From positions 44,170 through 108,169 of the forward strand of contig CAZNDH010000004.1 in NCBI GenBank assembly GCA_964571765.1: a DNA stretch of 64,000 nt, written 5' to 3'. A program made the translations under genes and the position numbers. Shown piece after piece: positions 47,501-57,024 of this stretch (positions are counted from its first letter, which is position 1; every line of letters starts with the position of its first letter). Origin of the DNA: an uncultured Acidimicrobiaceae bacterium (GTDB taxonomy: Bacteria > Actinomycetota > Acidimicrobiia > Spongiisociales > ZC4RG35). The notes below the pieces were generated by a model. It had not been told where the DNA came from, did no database searches, and saw only the letters and a list, made by a program, of their open reading frames with translations.

Positions 47501-47980
47501 AGAGCGGGCGATCATGTCGGCCACCATCCCCTGCAGGCCCATCGAACGCCCATCGTCCGGCGAATAGATCCGGGTCACCCCATATGAAGACAGCTCCTCG
47601 CCCTCACTGGGAAGGATGGTGCCCCCACCCCCACCGAACAGTCGGATATGCCCCGCGTCACGCTCCACCAGCAGGTCATGGACGTACCGGTAGAACTCCA
47701 TGTGTCCCCCCTGATACGAGGTGACCGCAATGGCGTGGGCGTCCTCATCGACGGCCGCCTCCACGATCTCCACCCCAGACCTGTTATGACCCAAATGGAT
47801 CACCTCGACCCCCGAGGCCTGAAGGATCCGTCGGAAGATGTTGATCGAAGCGTCATGCCCGTCGAACAACGTGGTCGCAGTGACGAACCGGACTTTGTTG
47901 GCCGGCTCCGACCTCTCCGATGCGGTGTCGTTGCTGACAGTGTTCAACCGGTAGAGACTGTAACCCGGCCACGCCGACAT
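44591..47980 (-). CDS. icmF: fused isobutyryl-CoA mutase / MeaB-type GTPase (IcmF)
   Basis: B12-binding N-terminus ([15 protein letters not shown]...HLGHNRS), a central P-loop [12 protein letters not shown], and a C-terminal mutase barrel; 1129 aa. Confidence 0.9.
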   Translation of the reverse strand: MSAWPGYSLYRLNTVSNDTASERSEPANKVRFVTATTLFDGHDASINIFRRILQASGVEVIHLGHNRSGVEIVEAAVDEDAHAIAVTSYQGGHMEFYRYVHDLLVERDAGHIRLFGGGGGTILPSEGEELSSYGVTRIYSPDDGRSMGLQGMVADMIARSDFATGQLPEDLDLSGLAGGDRRLVASLISAAENYGEKYADVFEEVEVMAASSAAPVVGVTGTGGSGKSSLVDELVRRLLLDFDGLRLAILSVDPSKRRSGGALLGDRIRMNSLPHPRAYMRSLATRQANLALSPHVQQAVNVVKAAGYDLVLLETSGIGQSDTEIVDSSDLSVYVMTPEYGAATQLEKVDMLDFADLVAINKADKEGALDALRDVRKQWKRNHLDFAAADEEIPVLLTVASDFNDPGTNRFYLALLEKLAGRGLALSSGIDLPVSAESKQHVVPPDRTRYLSEIVEAIRSYDEWVGEQAIAADRIYRLTGAAEAGADVAEELSATEEELTAENRKALERWEGMIAEYSGEEFVYYVRGREIRVPLHHVTLSHTRVPKVALPRYRSWGDRLEWLLQENVPGEFPYAAGVFPFKRAEEEPARMFAGEGPPEQTNARFHYLASGMPAIRLSTAFDSVTLYGEDPHERPDIYGKVGNSGVSVATLDDAKKLYSGFDLSDPATSVSMTINGPAPMILAFFMNTAIDQACEKYITEQGLWEEVEESIAAIRGDHPAPEYHGPLPGGHDGLGLRLLGVTGDQVLPAKVYEAIKAATLSRVRGTVQADILKEDQAQNTCIFSTEFALRMMGDIQQYFVDHDVANFYSVSISGYHMAEAGANPITQLAFTLANGFTYVENYLARGMDIDQLAPNLSFFFSNGIDAEYAVIGRVARRIWAKAIRHRYGGNERSQKLKYHIQTSGRSLHAQEISFNDIRTTLQALYAVYDNCNSLHTNAYDEAITTPTEESVRRALAIQLIINRELGLARNENPLQGSFIIEELTDLVEEAVLMEFENLSSRGGVLGAMERQYQRTKIQEESLYYEQQKESGAYPIVGVNTFLSKEGSPFEIPKHLIRSTVIDRDRQIANLRAFQDRNREKSGAALADLQRAAVRGDNIFESLMEAAKVSSLGQMSQALYDVGGQYRRNM

Positions 47981-48023
47981 TCACCCTCCCCCCATCCGGC
48001 CGGGTCGACTAGCCTGGGAGACG

Positions 48024-48332
48024 ATGGCACAGTTCACGGGGAGGCTGCAGGGCCAGTTTCTCGAGCCGAGCAGGGTCCTGATCGACATCGATGACGGACG
48101 GTTCCGGGTCGCGGCAGGGCGAACCCACGTAGGGTCGTGGCCGCTGGCGAGGATCCATGCCGAGAGGACCTCGATCTATCGCTTCGACTTGCTCATCGAT
48201 GGCGACCATTTCGACTTCTTCCCCGACGACCCTTCCACCTTCTCCAACACGGTTGGAGCTGTGATCGACCTCACCGATTCAAAGGGACGTTTCGGTCTCA
48301 AGGCGCGGATCGAGCGGGCCGTCAACGGCTGA
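48024..48332 (+). CDS. hypothetical protein (shares a ~55-aa module with the N-terminus of the 57025-57744 protein)
   Basis: 102-aa ORF with no recognised family. See the findings for the internal paralogy. Confidence 0.4.
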   Translation: MAQFTGRLQGQFLEPSRVLIDIDDGRFRVAAGRTHVGSWPLARIHAERTSIYRFDLLIDGDHFDFFPDDPSTFSNTVGAVIDLTDSKGRFGLKARIERAVNG

Positions 48333-48350
48333 CCACCGCCACCGGAGCCC

Positions 48351-49091
48351 ATGGTTGGGAAGCTGATAACCAGAGGGGCCATGGCAGGGGTAGCGCTGAT
48401 CACCTTGGAGGCAGCCTACGCCCTTCTTCGCCCCGCACCCGTGCTCCCCGAATTCGACCCCTCTGGAGACTTCGGCGACCGGGACAACCCCCGGTTGAGG
48501 GTGGTGGTCCTCGGGGACTCCACGGTGACCGCCCCCGGAGTGGACCACCCCGACGAGACTTGGGTGAGGATCGTCTGCCACCGGCTCGCCGAGCGCCGCC
48601 ACATCAGCCTGCTCTCGGTTGCCATTGGCGGCTCCACCGCCCGGACGGTGATCCAGAGGCAGTTGCAGGCTGCAGTGGAGTTCGGTCCCGACATCGCCCT
48701 GCTCGCCATTGGGGCCAACGACACCATCCACGCGGTCCCGCTTCGAAGGTTCGAAGCGGAGCTCGACACCATCGTCTCCCGGCTATCGTCGACTGGAGCC
48801 ATGGTCATCCAGAGCGGGGTCGCCGATCTGGGCACCATCCCCCGTCTCTACCCGCCGCTGCGAACTGTGATGACCCGCCGTTCGGCGGCCTATCACAGGG
48901 CCCATCACCGGGTAGCCGACCGGCACGGGGCCATGGTGGTCGACCAGAGGTCCGACGACCGTCGGCTGTGGATTCGCGACCGCTCCCTGTGGTCGGAGGA
49001 CCTGTTCCACGTCAGCGCCTCGGGACACCTTCGTTGGGCGGACTCCACCTGGCGGACGTTGGAGCCGGCGCTCCCCGAGATCGATGGATGA
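48351..49091 (+). CDS. SGNH/GDSL-family hydrolase
   Basis: VVVLGDSTV (block I), GANDTIH (block III), and an N-terminal TM segment. Confidence 0.75.
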   Translation: MVGKLITRGAMAGVALITLEAAYALLRPAPVLPEFDPSGDFGDRDNPRLRVVVLGDSTVTAPGVDHPDETWVRIVCHRLAERRHISLLSVAIGGSTARTVIQRQLQAAVEFGPDIALLAIGANDTIHAVPLRRFEAELDTIVSRLSSTGAMVIQSGVADLGTIPRLYPPLRTVMTRRSAAYHRAHHRVADRHGAMVVDQRSDDRRLWIRDRSLWSEDLFHVSASGHLRWADSTWRTLEPALPEIDG

Positions 49092-49491
49092 CGCCCTCCG
49101 GCTGCTCGCCGGGGAGAGGGTCGCCATCCTCGCCTCGGTCGGACCTGAGGGGGGGCCTCATCTGGTCCCGGTGGTCTTCGCCATCAGCGGAGAACTGGTG
49201 GTCACCGCGATCGACTGGAAGCCCAAGAGCGGCCGGCGACTCCGCCGTCTTCAGAACATCGAGGCCAATCCCAGGGTCTCGGTGATCGCCTCCGCCTATT
49301 CGGAGGACTGGTCACGGCTGTGGTGGGCCCGGGTCGACGGCGAAGCCACCATCCATCACGGCGACCGGGTCTGGGACTCGGCGGTGGCTGCCCTGATCGA
49401 CAAGTACGCGCAGTACCAGAACCGTCCCCCTGAAGGCGAGGTGATTGCCATCCTCCCCATCAAGGCCAGCAGCTGGAACGCAGGGTCTTGA
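49084..49491 (+). CDS. PPOX-class F420-dependent oxidoreductase (TIGR03668-like as I recall)
   Basis: VTAIDWKPKSGRRLRRLQNIEANPRVSVIASAYSEDWSRLWWARVDG closely matches my memory of that family. Confidence 0.7.
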   Translation: MDDALRLLAGERVAILASVGPEGGPHLVPVVFAISGELVVTAIDWKPKSGRRLRRLQNIEANPRVSVIASAYSEDWSRLWWARVDGEATIHHGDRVWDSAVAALIDKYAQYQNRPPEGEVIAILPIKASSWNAGS

Positions 49492-49499
49492 CCAGAAGG

Positions 49500-49975
49500 C
49501 GGAAGGTTCCTTGCGGCGCTCCCGAAGCGCCGACCCACCACCGGCGACAGCCCAGCCGACCACCACGAATGGTGATCCCGGCCACGTAGCCGACGCGAAC
49601 GGCGATATAACACCTGCTGGCGGGAGCGACCCGGTGGAAAACGTGTCGACCCAGGCGACATGGGTCTGCAGCTCCTCCTGGGGTCGCGCAGGAGAATGGC
49701 AAAGACATAGGTCCCGTCATAAAGGCCACTGCCGCTCCGCGGATCATGTCGGGGACCGGTGGGTCACCGGGCAGCATGCGCCGCCCGCCCTCGAGGAGGA
49801 TCATCATCGCCAGCAGGTTGGAGAGGATGGTGAAGAAGGTGAAGAAGTCGAGGGGGACGAAGACCCCTCGTCGATCAGTACCCGGACTTCGAGATGGTCG
49901 CCCCCAAAACGAGAAGGCTGAACTCGATCCGGGTGAAGGCGAGGAGCGCCTCCCCATGCCGACGGCAAACTACTC
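49500..49975 (-). pseudogene. frameshifted relic of a Pr6Pr-type (FAR-17a/AIG1-like) membrane protein
   Basis: Family-like segments sit in three different minus-strand frames. They are EALLAFTRIEFSLLVLGATISKSGY-stop, DFFTFFTILSNLLAMMILL...IRGAAVAFMTG, GTYVFAILLRDP, QEELQTHVAWVDTF and FHRVAPA. Confidence 0.4.
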
Positions 49976-49996
49976 GGCTACGGAGGAGACCTGGCA

Positions 49997-50542
49997 TCAT
50001 TGGGTCGGCCGACACTCCACAACCCCGTCCTCGGTGGCCAGAAGGTCCATCCGACGGTCATGAGGCTCCAAGGGGACCTCTCCCACGATACGAGAGGACA
50101 CGGTCACCCCGATCGCCAAGCAGTCGCCCCGCCGGGCCACCAGCAATCGGTCGTAGTATCCCTTGCCCCGCCCGAGGCGAGATCCCCTGTCATCGAAGGC
50201 CACCCCCGGCACCAGGATCAGGTCGACTTCATGGAGCGGTACCGGGTCGCCGGAGGCCACCGGCTGCTCCATCCCCCACCGATGTGTCTCTCTCTCCAGA
50301 TCCCGGTCCCAGAAGCTCAGTGTGACCTCATCCTCGACCCGGGGCAGCACCCATCGCCAGCCGGGGAGCCTGGTGAACAGGTGATCGACGGGCACCTCGT
50401 CGGCCATGGCCAGGTAGGCGGCGGCAGTTCCCGGCAGCCGGGAGGAGATCCAACGGAAAAGATGACCGGTCACCCGGAGCCCCCGGGCCGGATCGACCGG
50501 CCCCAGCGCCTTCATCCGCAGGCGAAGTTCCGCCTTGTCCAC
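49997..50542 (-). CDS. 5-formyltetrahydrofolate cyclo-ligase
   Basis: ILVPGVAFDDRGSRLGRGKGYYDR motif. GTG start with TACCCT (50550-50555, minus strand) 7 nt upstream. Confidence 0.8.
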   Translation of the reverse strand: MDKAELRLRMKALGPVDPARGLRVTGHLFRWISSRLPGTAAAYLAMADEVPVDHLFTRLPGWRWVLPRVEDEVTLSFWDRDLERETHRWGMEQPVASGDPVPLHEVDLILVPGVAFDDRGSRLGRGKGYYDRLLVARRGDCLAIGVTVSSRIVGEVPLEPHDRRMDLLATEDGVVECRPTQ

Positions 50543-50580
50543 CAGCTCCAGGGTAAGCCCCGCGGCTACCGTCGGCGTCG

Positions 50581-51324
50581 ATGAGCTGGCTGGTCACCGT
50601 GGTCCGTACCATCCTCACCTGGCTGACCGGAGTGATCGCCACGATTTGGGGAGCGGTCTCGGTGATGGCCATCGCCCTGGTCGATGACACATCTCCGTGG
50701 ATCGACCGGGTGATCCGCACCTGGAGCCGGGCGTGGGTGTGGGCTTCGGGAACCCGGATCGAGGTGGAGGGAAGCGAGCACGTCGGCCTCGGGCGGTCAT
50801 ACGTGGTGGTGGCCAATCACCTTTCCACCTTGGACATCATGGTCTGCTTTCTCGCAGTCCGGCTCCCCATCAGGTATCTGGCCAAGAAGGAGTTGTTCCG
50901 GGTGCCCATCCTCGCCCAGGGGATGAGGGCGGTGGGCATCATCGAGGTCGACCGGGCCGCCCGTAGCGCCGTCCACGGCGAATTGAACCGCCAGGCCAGG
51001 GAGCTCATCGACAAGCGGCGCAGCCTGATCATCTTCCCGGAGGGAACCCGACCGCGCGATGGCAGGATGCGTCCTTTCAAGAAGGGTGCGTTCACCATGG
51101 CCATCTCCGCGGGCCTGCCGGTGCTCCCGGTGTCGATCCACGGCTCATACCAGGCATTCCGACCGGGGAGGCCCTGGGTGGCGGGCGGACGGGTCAGGGT
51201 GGTGATCGATCCCCCGGTGGAGACCGCTCACCTCTCCTCCTCGGACACCGGGGACCTGCGCGACCAGGTGTACCGGACCATATCGGGAAATGTCCGGGCG
51301 ATGGGTGGTCCCATCGCCGGTTAG
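50581..51324 (+). CDS. plsC: 1-acyl-sn-glycerol-3-phosphate acyltransferase
   Basis: NHLSTLD (HX4D) and FPEGTR motifs. Confidence 0.85.
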   Translation: MSWLVTVVRTILTWLTGVIATIWGAVSVMAIALVDDTSPWIDRVIRTWSRAWVWASGTRIEVEGSEHVGLGRSYVVVANHLSTLDIMVCFLAVRLPIRYLAKKELFRVPILAQGMRAVGIIEVDRAARSAVHGELNRQARELIDKRRSLIIFPEGTRPRDGRMRPFKKGAFTMAISAGLPVLPVSIHGSYQAFRPGRPWVAGGRVRVVIDPPVETAHLSSSDTGDLRDQVYRTISGNVRAMGGPIAG

Positions 51325-51330
51325 GGACCT

Positions 51331-52818
51331 TCAGTCGTACACCCCGGCCAGGTGGGCCCCCGAGGCGGTGACCACACACAGAAGGGCACCCACCGAGGTG
51401 ACCAGCTGGTAGCGGTCGGCGTCCTCCTCTCCGACCCACCAGCGACCGGTCAGCCGCCACGGCCCACACCAGGTGAGCACCGGCTCCCATCTCGTCCCAA
51501 GCCTGACCCGTGAGGGCGTCCCCCCGTCCCACTCGATCTCGACCGGGCGGGCCGGGGATGGCACCAGGGCCGGGCTGGGCGCCGGAGTGGAGCCGGGCCA
51601 GGGTGCGGCCGGGTCGTCGGCGGCCGGCGACGGCTCCTCCCCCCAGCGTGCCCAGCTCACCCTCTCCCCCGGCATCCGACCACCCTGGCCCCGCCCCTGG
51701 CGCACCCGGTCCGGGCCTACCAGAGCCTGGGCACGGGCCAGTGCCCTCTCGGTCTCCATCATGGTCGACTCGTCGCTGAACAGCCCGAGCTGCCGCCCTT
51801 CGCCGGATAGATCGGATGGCTCCACGGTGATGGCGGTGATCCCACCGGGCACCCCCGACGACTCGACCCAGGCCCGCAACTGCCACCACACCCGATCGGT
51901 GATGGCCTTCGCGGTGAACGGGTCAGCGGAACGCCACACTCGTTCCCGACTCGGGCCCCGTGCCGGGGTGGCCGTTATGGTCAGGGCATGGGGGGCAACT
52001 GCCACTTGTTGCAGACGCTTGACCAGCCTCTCTGCCAACACCCGGGCGGCGAAGGCCACCGCCTCGAGACTTTCCAGCGGGTCCTCGAACTCCATCGCCA
52101 CCCCCAGGTCGGCAGGTATGGCACGGGAGTGAGGGAGTCGGTCTTCCCCGCTGGCCAGCCGGTGCGCCAGGGCCCCTGAGTCGCCAAATCGGGTGGCCAG
52201 GGCGTCCCGTGGGAGGCGAGCCAGATCACCCAGGGTGACCACTCCCAACCAGCGAAAGGTGTCGATCATCTCGTCGCCACCCATCTCCTCACGCAAGGTC
52301 GACAGGTCGAGACCGGAGAGGAAGCCGATGGTGTCGATGACCACCCGGGGCTCACCCACCCGGGCTGTAGCCGCCGCCCACCTGGCGGCGAAGGGGCCGT
52401 CAGCCACACCGATCAGGGCCTCGCTGCCGCGTACGCCGCCCATCAGCCCCTCCATCTCCTCGGCCACCCGGCGGGCCAGGGCCCCCTCTCCACCGTAGAA
52501 GCGGACCGCGCCTGCCACCGGCACATAGACGAGCCCGGGTGAGACCACCTCCACCCGAGGCACCAGCGCCTCGACCGCATCGGCCACCCTCTCAAACCTG
52601 CGGGCCTCCTCACCAGGGTCGCGGAGCATCACCGAGGCGAAAGGGGCCAGGGCCTCGGCGGCCCGGCGGGGCATCCCCAGGGTCACCCCGGCGGCGAGTA
52701 CCTCGGGAGTGGCTGCGGCCACCCGGTCGTCGACTATCAGTACCGGCTCATCCTGTGGCGCGTCTGGTCTGGTCAACGACCACATCGGAAACCACACGCA
52801 GAGCGTCCGTACCCTCAT
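51331..52818 (-). CDS. imuB: ImuB, Y-family polymerase-like mutasome subunit
   Basis: N-terminus MRVRTLCVWFPMWSL..., 495 aa, located directly downstream of an imuA'-like gene. GAGG lies 6 nt upstream of the ATG. Confidence 0.8.
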   Translation of the reverse strand: MRVRTLCVWFPMWSLTRPDAPQDEPVLIVDDRVAAATPEVLAAGVTLGMPRRAAEALAPFASVMLRDPGEEARRFERVADAVEALVPRVEVVSPGLVYVPVAGAVRFYGGEGALARRVAEEMEGLMGGVRGSEALIGVADGPFAARWAAATARVGEPRVVIDTIGFLSGLDLSTLREEMGGDEMIDTFRWLGVVTLGDLARLPRDALATRFGDSGALAHRLASGEDRLPHSRAIPADLGVAMEFEDPLESLEAVAFAARVLAERLVKRLQQVAVAPHALTITATPARGPSRERVWRSADPFTAKAITDRVWWQLRAWVESSGVPGGITAITVEPSDLSGEGRQLGLFSDESTMMETERALARAQALVGPDRVRQGRGQGGRMPGERVSWARWGEEPSPAADDPAAPWPGSTPAPSPALVPSPARPVEIEWDGGTPSRVRLGTRWEPVLTWCGPWRLTGRWWVGEEDADRYQLVTSVGALLCVVTASGAHLAGVYD

Positions 52819-53416
52819 CCTCCACCTCGAGAATCCGGGGGATTCCGGAAACCCCCTTGCCTGACGCCTCGAGGACGAGACGCCGCTTGCTCAGCCTGCC
52901 GTGGCCCATGTCGGCCCCCTCCCAGGTGAGCCCGATGGCCCTCAGCCGGAGATGGGCCACCCCGGCGGGAAGACCGGCGCCGGTTGCCCGCATCACCACC
53001 GCCGCCCGACGGGCCCGGGCCAGGGCAGCGAGACGACGGATGTCATCGTCCCGCACCCGGGCCGGCACCTCGGTGTAGATGGCGCGCACCCCTTCGAGGA
53101 GGGCGGCGGTCACCCTGGGCCACATCGAGGGCTCCGGGCAATGGACCACCACCAGACGCTCGGGGATGACCCCGGTCTCCCAGGCCGCCTCCGGTGACAC
53201 CCATCCCTTGAGGTCGACCACCACCACCGGAGCGATCCGGGAGTGGTCGGCGAGCATCCGCAGCCCGAGACGGGTGAGCCCGGTGCCCGGGTCACCCACC
53301 ATCTCCACCAGCCGACCCGGTTGGAGGGTGAGCACCTCCTGGTGACGCTGTTCGAGGCGGGGTGCTGTGATCAGGTCTTCGATGCCCAAGCTGGTCCCAT
53401 TGGTCGAGCCCTCCAT
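52748..53416 (-). CDS. imuA: ImuA'-like RecA-fold mutasome protein
   Basis: About 222 aa, lying between a perfect LexA box and imuB. I chose ATG 53416 because the longer ORF (to 53503) would run through the LexA box. Confidence 0.6.
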   Translation of the reverse strand: MEGSTNGTSLGIEDLITAPRLEQRHQEVLTLQPGRLVEMVGDPGTGLTRLGLRMLADHSRIAPVVVVDLKGWVSPEAAWETGVIPERLVVVHCPEPSMWPRVTAALLEGVRAIYTEVPARVRDDDIRRLAALARARRAAVVMRATGAGLPAGVAHLRLRAIGLTWEGADMGHGRLSKRRLVLEASGKGVSGIPRILEVEDEGTDALRVVSDVVVDQTRRATG

Positions 53417-53420
53417 CTTA

Positions 53421-53436
53421 TCGAACGTGTGTTCGA
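53421..53436. promoter_or_regulatory. perfect LexA (SOS) box TCGAACGTGTGTTCGA
   Basis: 16 of 16 match to TCGAAC-N4-GTTCGA, 4 nt upstream of the imuA' ATG, within the 75-bp divergent intergenic region. Confidence 0.7.
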
Positions 53437-53491
53437 TATAGCAAGAGAGCGGTCTCGCCACCACACCGGTGATGACCCATATAGTGATGCC

Positions 53492-54238
53492 ATGCGCCAG
53501 CACGGCCGGATCGGTGTTGCCGCTGTCTTAGTCCTCATCGCGGCGGGATGTGGAGGTGATGGCATAGATACCACCCAACCCACCGACGACGGTGCAGGAC
53601 GAACCGGGACGACCACCACCCAACCGACTGCTAACACTGCCACCACCGCCGGCGAGAGCGGTGGTCCGAGCACCGGGACAACTGCCGATGTCGGCGAGTG
53701 CACCATCGTCCTCAGCGGTGACATCACCGAGAGCCTCACCCACCCCCAGTCGGAGTACTCATTCACCAGCGACTACTGGCTGACTGCTGACGCCCTCCAG
53801 GAGGCTCTGGACTTCTTCGACCTCGATGAGGACTACGAGGACTACGTCGCCCGTGGTGAGCCTGTGACGAGCTGGCTGCTCTTCAACTGCGTCGACCGCG
53901 ACAATCTCGAGAACGGGGTGTTGGTGGCCGCTACCAACACCACCAACCCCGATCAGTTCCCCTTGGGCCCGGGCACCTACCCGGTGTCGGGCGGGCTGTT
54001 CGACGCCGACGGACCGGCGGGGACCGTCATCGCCAACCTCGGCCACGATGACGCCCTCTTCGACACGGTCGAGGGCTCCGGAGAGCTGATCATCAGCCGA
54101 TGGGACGGCGACCGGCTGGAAGGAACCGTCAGCTTCGAGGCGTACGAGATCTTCACCGAGGGAGACCCTCAGGAAGTCTCTGTTCGTGTCGACTTCACCT
54201 ACCGGTGCCATGCTCCGTGGCACAGTGCCTGTGGATGA
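53492..54238 (+). CDS. hypothetical lipoprotein
   Basis: MRQHGRIGVAAVLVLIAAGCGG lipobox. ATG preceded by TATAGT (53480-53485) plus 6 nt. Confidence 0.5.
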   Translation: MRQHGRIGVAAVLVLIAAGCGGDGIDTTQPTDDGAGRTGTTTTQPTANTATTAGESGGPSTGTTADVGECTIVLSGDITESLTHPQSEYSFTSDYWLTADALQEALDFFDLDEDYEDYVARGEPVTSWLLFNCVDRDNLENGVLVAATNTTNPDQFPLGPGTYPVSGGLFDADGPAGTVIANLGHDDALFDTVEGSGELIISRWDGDRLEGTVSFEAYEIFTEGDPQEVSVRVDFTYRCHAPWHSACG

Positions 54239-54280
54239 CCTGAAGACCGAGTCGCCCGGGGCAGGGTACCGTCAGGGCCG

Positions 54281-55615
54281 ATGACCGATCTCTTCTCGGC
54301 CCGTGCCGAGGACACCGCCTTCCGGACCGCCCCCTTGGCCACCAGGATGCGACCTCGTATCCTCGACGAGGTGGTCGGTCAACCCGGCCTGCTCTCCGAG
54401 GGCGCTGCCTTTCGGCACATCGTCGAGTCGGGCCGTCCGGTGTCCATCCTCCTTTGGGGGCCACCAGGGACCGGGAAGACCACATTGGCCCGGCTGGTGG
54501 CGAGTCATGCCGACGCCGACTTCGTCACCCTCTCGGCGACCTCGGCCGGAGTGAAGGATGTCCGTGATGTGCTCTCTCAGGCCAAGCAGCGGCTGGCCAC
54601 CGAGGAACGGCGTACCGTGCTCTTCCTCGACGAGATCCACCGCTTCGCCAAGAACCAGCAGGACGCTCTGCTCCCCGGGGTCGAGGAGGGCACGGTCACC
54701 CTGATCGGGGCCACCACCGAGAACCCCTTCTTCGAGGTGAACACCCCGTTGATGAGCCGGATGACCCTGTTCCGGTTGGAACCGCTCGACCCGCCGGCGA
54801 TCCGTGAGCTGATCGACTCTGCTCTCGGCGACACCGAGCGGGGTCTGGGTGACTCCGGGCTGACCATCGCCGGCGCGACCGCCGACGAGTTGGCCACCCG
54901 GACCGGGGGCGATGCCCGTCAGGCGCTCAACTCACTGGAGGTGGCGGCCCGTCTCGCCCAGGCTGCCGGGCGGACCGTGATCGTAGAAGACGATGTCGCC
55001 GAGGCCCTCCAGCGGAGACTGGTCCGCTACGACAAGACCGGAGACAACCACTACGACGTGATATCGGCGTTCATCAAGTCGGTGAGGGGGTCCGATCCCG
55101 ACGCCGCCCTCTACTGGCTGTTCCTCATGCTCGAGGGGGGCGAGGACCCCGAGTTCATCGCCCGCCGTCTCATCATCCTCGCCTCTGAGGACATCGGGCT
55201 CGCCGACTCCAACGCCCTCACAGTGGCGGTCGCCGCCTCCCAGGCTCTGGCCTACGTCGGGCTCCCGGAAGCCGCCTACCACCTCACCCACGCCACCCTC
55301 TACCTGGCCTCGGCGCCCAAATCGAACAGCGTGGGCCGGGCAATGACCGCGGGGAGGGCGTTGGTCGAAAGCGGCCCCACCCCGTCGGTCCCAACCCATC
55401 TCCGCTCCACGGGCTACTCGGGGGCGGCCAGGCTGGGTCACGGTGAGGGTTACGCCTATCCCCACGACCACCCCGACGGGGTGATCACCCAGCAGTACTT
55501 CCCCGACGGAGTGGAGCCCACCGTCCTCTACCACCCATCGACACACGGTGAGGAGGGAGAGATCAACGAGCGGATCGCCCGTACCGACCAGGTCCTGGGA
55601 CGCCGAGGGAGGTAG
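54281..55615 (+). CDS. rarA: replication-associated recombination protein A (RarA/MgsA AAA+ ATPase)
   Basis: LWGPPGTGKTTLA, FLDEIHRF, and a conserved C-terminal YAYPHD. Confidence 0.9.
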   Translation: MTDLFSARAEDTAFRTAPLATRMRPRILDEVVGQPGLLSEGAAFRHIVESGRPVSILLWGPPGTGKTTLARLVASHADADFVTLSATSAGVKDVRDVLSQAKQRLATEERRTVLFLDEIHRFAKNQQDALLPGVEEGTVTLIGATTENPFFEVNTPLMSRMTLFRLEPLDPPAIRELIDSALGDTERGLGDSGLTIAGATADELATRTGGDARQALNSLEVAARLAQAAGRTVIVEDDVAEALQRRLVRYDKTGDNHYDVISAFIKSVRGSDPDAALYWLFLMLEGGEDPEFIARRLIILASEDIGLADSNALTVAVAASQALAYVGLPEAAYHLTHATLYLASAPKSNSVGRAMTAGRALVESGPTPSVPTHLRSTGYSGAARLGHGEGYAYPHDHPDGVITQQYFPDGVEPTVLYHPSTHGEEGEINERIARTDQVLGRRGR

Positions 55616-55691
55616 CGCCAAACACCGGCAGTCGGGCGGGGCACCTCATCACACCGGTACCTTGTCTGGTGTGGAGAGGTTTGTTGCCGTC

Positions 55692-55982
55692 ATGTTCGAG
55701 CCGTGGCCTGCATGGGCGTCGAGGTGGTGGGGGGTACTGGCCCGCATCCTGGCCGGGCTGGCAGGATCCGCCTTGGGGGCACTCCTGATGTTCCTCGGCT
55801 ACTTCGGAGCGACCTTCAAGAAATACCCTCATGAGTGGACCGTGGAGAACGTCGGTCTGGTGGTGGTCGGCGTCATGGTGGCCCTGTCAGCCCTGGTCAT
55901 GGCGATACGCCCCTCGCGCTTCACCGTCGCCTCGGTGGCCGGGGTGGCGATAGCCGCCGGGTTGATCGGGGCAGTGATGTGA
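55692..55982 (+). CDS. hypothetical small membrane protein
   Basis: Three hydrophobic segments. The start is uncertain (GTG 55671 or ATG 55692). The longer ORF overlaps the rarA 3' end. Confidence 0.35.
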   Translation: MFEPWPAWASRWWGVLARILAGLAGSALGALLMFLGYFGATFKKYPHEWTVENVGLVVVGVMVALSALVMAIRPSRFTVASVAGVAIAAGLIGAVM

Positions 55983-56127
55983 CGGTGGTTGTCCGGGGTG
56001 GATACCGCCGGGACACCGATGAGGAGCATCTGCTCGCTGACGGCTCCGGGACGATCACCACCTTGCTCACCAGGAGGACGGGGCGACATGGAGAGGCGCG
56101 GGGTTGCCAGCCTGGGTGGCGATACCT

Positions 56128-57018
56128 CTAGGACTCCTCGAGCTCCTCCAATGTCTTTGGCCAGTCGTTCTTGAGCAGGCGGGACAGGGAGCGGTCGGCG
56201 AGCAGCCTGCCCCCGGTCTGGCAGATGGCGCAGTAGTTGGTCTCGTTATCGGCATATACGATCCGCTGCACCGGTGACCCACATCGCGGGCAAGGCTGAC
56301 CGTGCTTCCCGTGGACCGCCATTTCCTCGCGGAAGGCGGTCACCTTGACCGGCCAGCCCTCCCCAACCTCATCTCTCAGCCTGGCCGTCCAGGTGCTCAA
56401 CGCTTCCAGCACCGCCCGATGTAGGCGCACCACCTCGTCGTCGGTCAGTCGGCTGGTCCGCTGCACCGGTGACAGCCTGGCTTGCCATAGGATCTCGTCG
56501 GAGTAGGCGTTGCCGATCCCTGAGACGATCCGCGGGTCGGTAAGCGCCCGCTTCAGAGTGCGGTCCGCCGACTTGACGGCGGCGGCGAACTCCTCGCCGG
56601 TGGCCTCGAAGGGCTCGACCCCTCCCCGGTCGAGGGCTGCCACCCCCTCCCACCCTCTGAAGAGCCAGAGCCCGGCACGTCGATGGGTACCCTGCTCGGT
56701 CAGCACCAGCGACCCATCCTCGAAGTCGATGGCAGCCAGCCCGACACGTCGGGGGATCGGCTTGCCCGGCTCCTCCCAACGGAGCCGACCCGCCACCATG
56801 AGGTGTAACACCAAATGGAGGTCCTCGGGGAACGAGAGCACGATCCGCTTGCCCACCCTCCGGAGCGCCACCACCACCAGGCCGATTGGTGCCTCGAACG
56901 GCGGGTCGTAGGTGCGGAGCACCGAGGGGGAGGTGACCCGCATCCCGGTGACCACCTTCCCGAGGACCCGGCGCTCCAAGGCCTCGATGTAGACCACGAT
57001 GTCGGGAAGCTCGGGCAA
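56128..57018 (-). CDS. Fpg/Nei-family DNA glycosylase/AP lyase
   Basis: N-terminal PELPD and a C-terminal zinc finger CPRCGSPV...YCAICQ; 296 aa. Confidence 0.8.
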   Translation of the reverse strand: MPELPDIVVYIEALERRVLGKVVTGMRVTSPSVLRTYDPPFEAPIGLVVVALRRVGKRIVLSFPEDLHLVLHLMVAGRLRWEEPGKPIPRRVGLAAIDFEDGSLVLTEQGTHRRAGLWLFRGWEGVAALDRGGVEPFEATGEEFAAAVKSADRTLKRALTDPRIVSGIGNAYSDEILWQARLSPVQRTSRLTDDEVVRLHRAVLEALSTWTARLRDEVGEGWPVKVTAFREEMAVHGKHGQPCPRCGSPVQRIVYADNETNYCAICQTGGRLLADRSLSRLLKNDWPKTLEELEES

Positions 57019-57024
57019 GGACGA

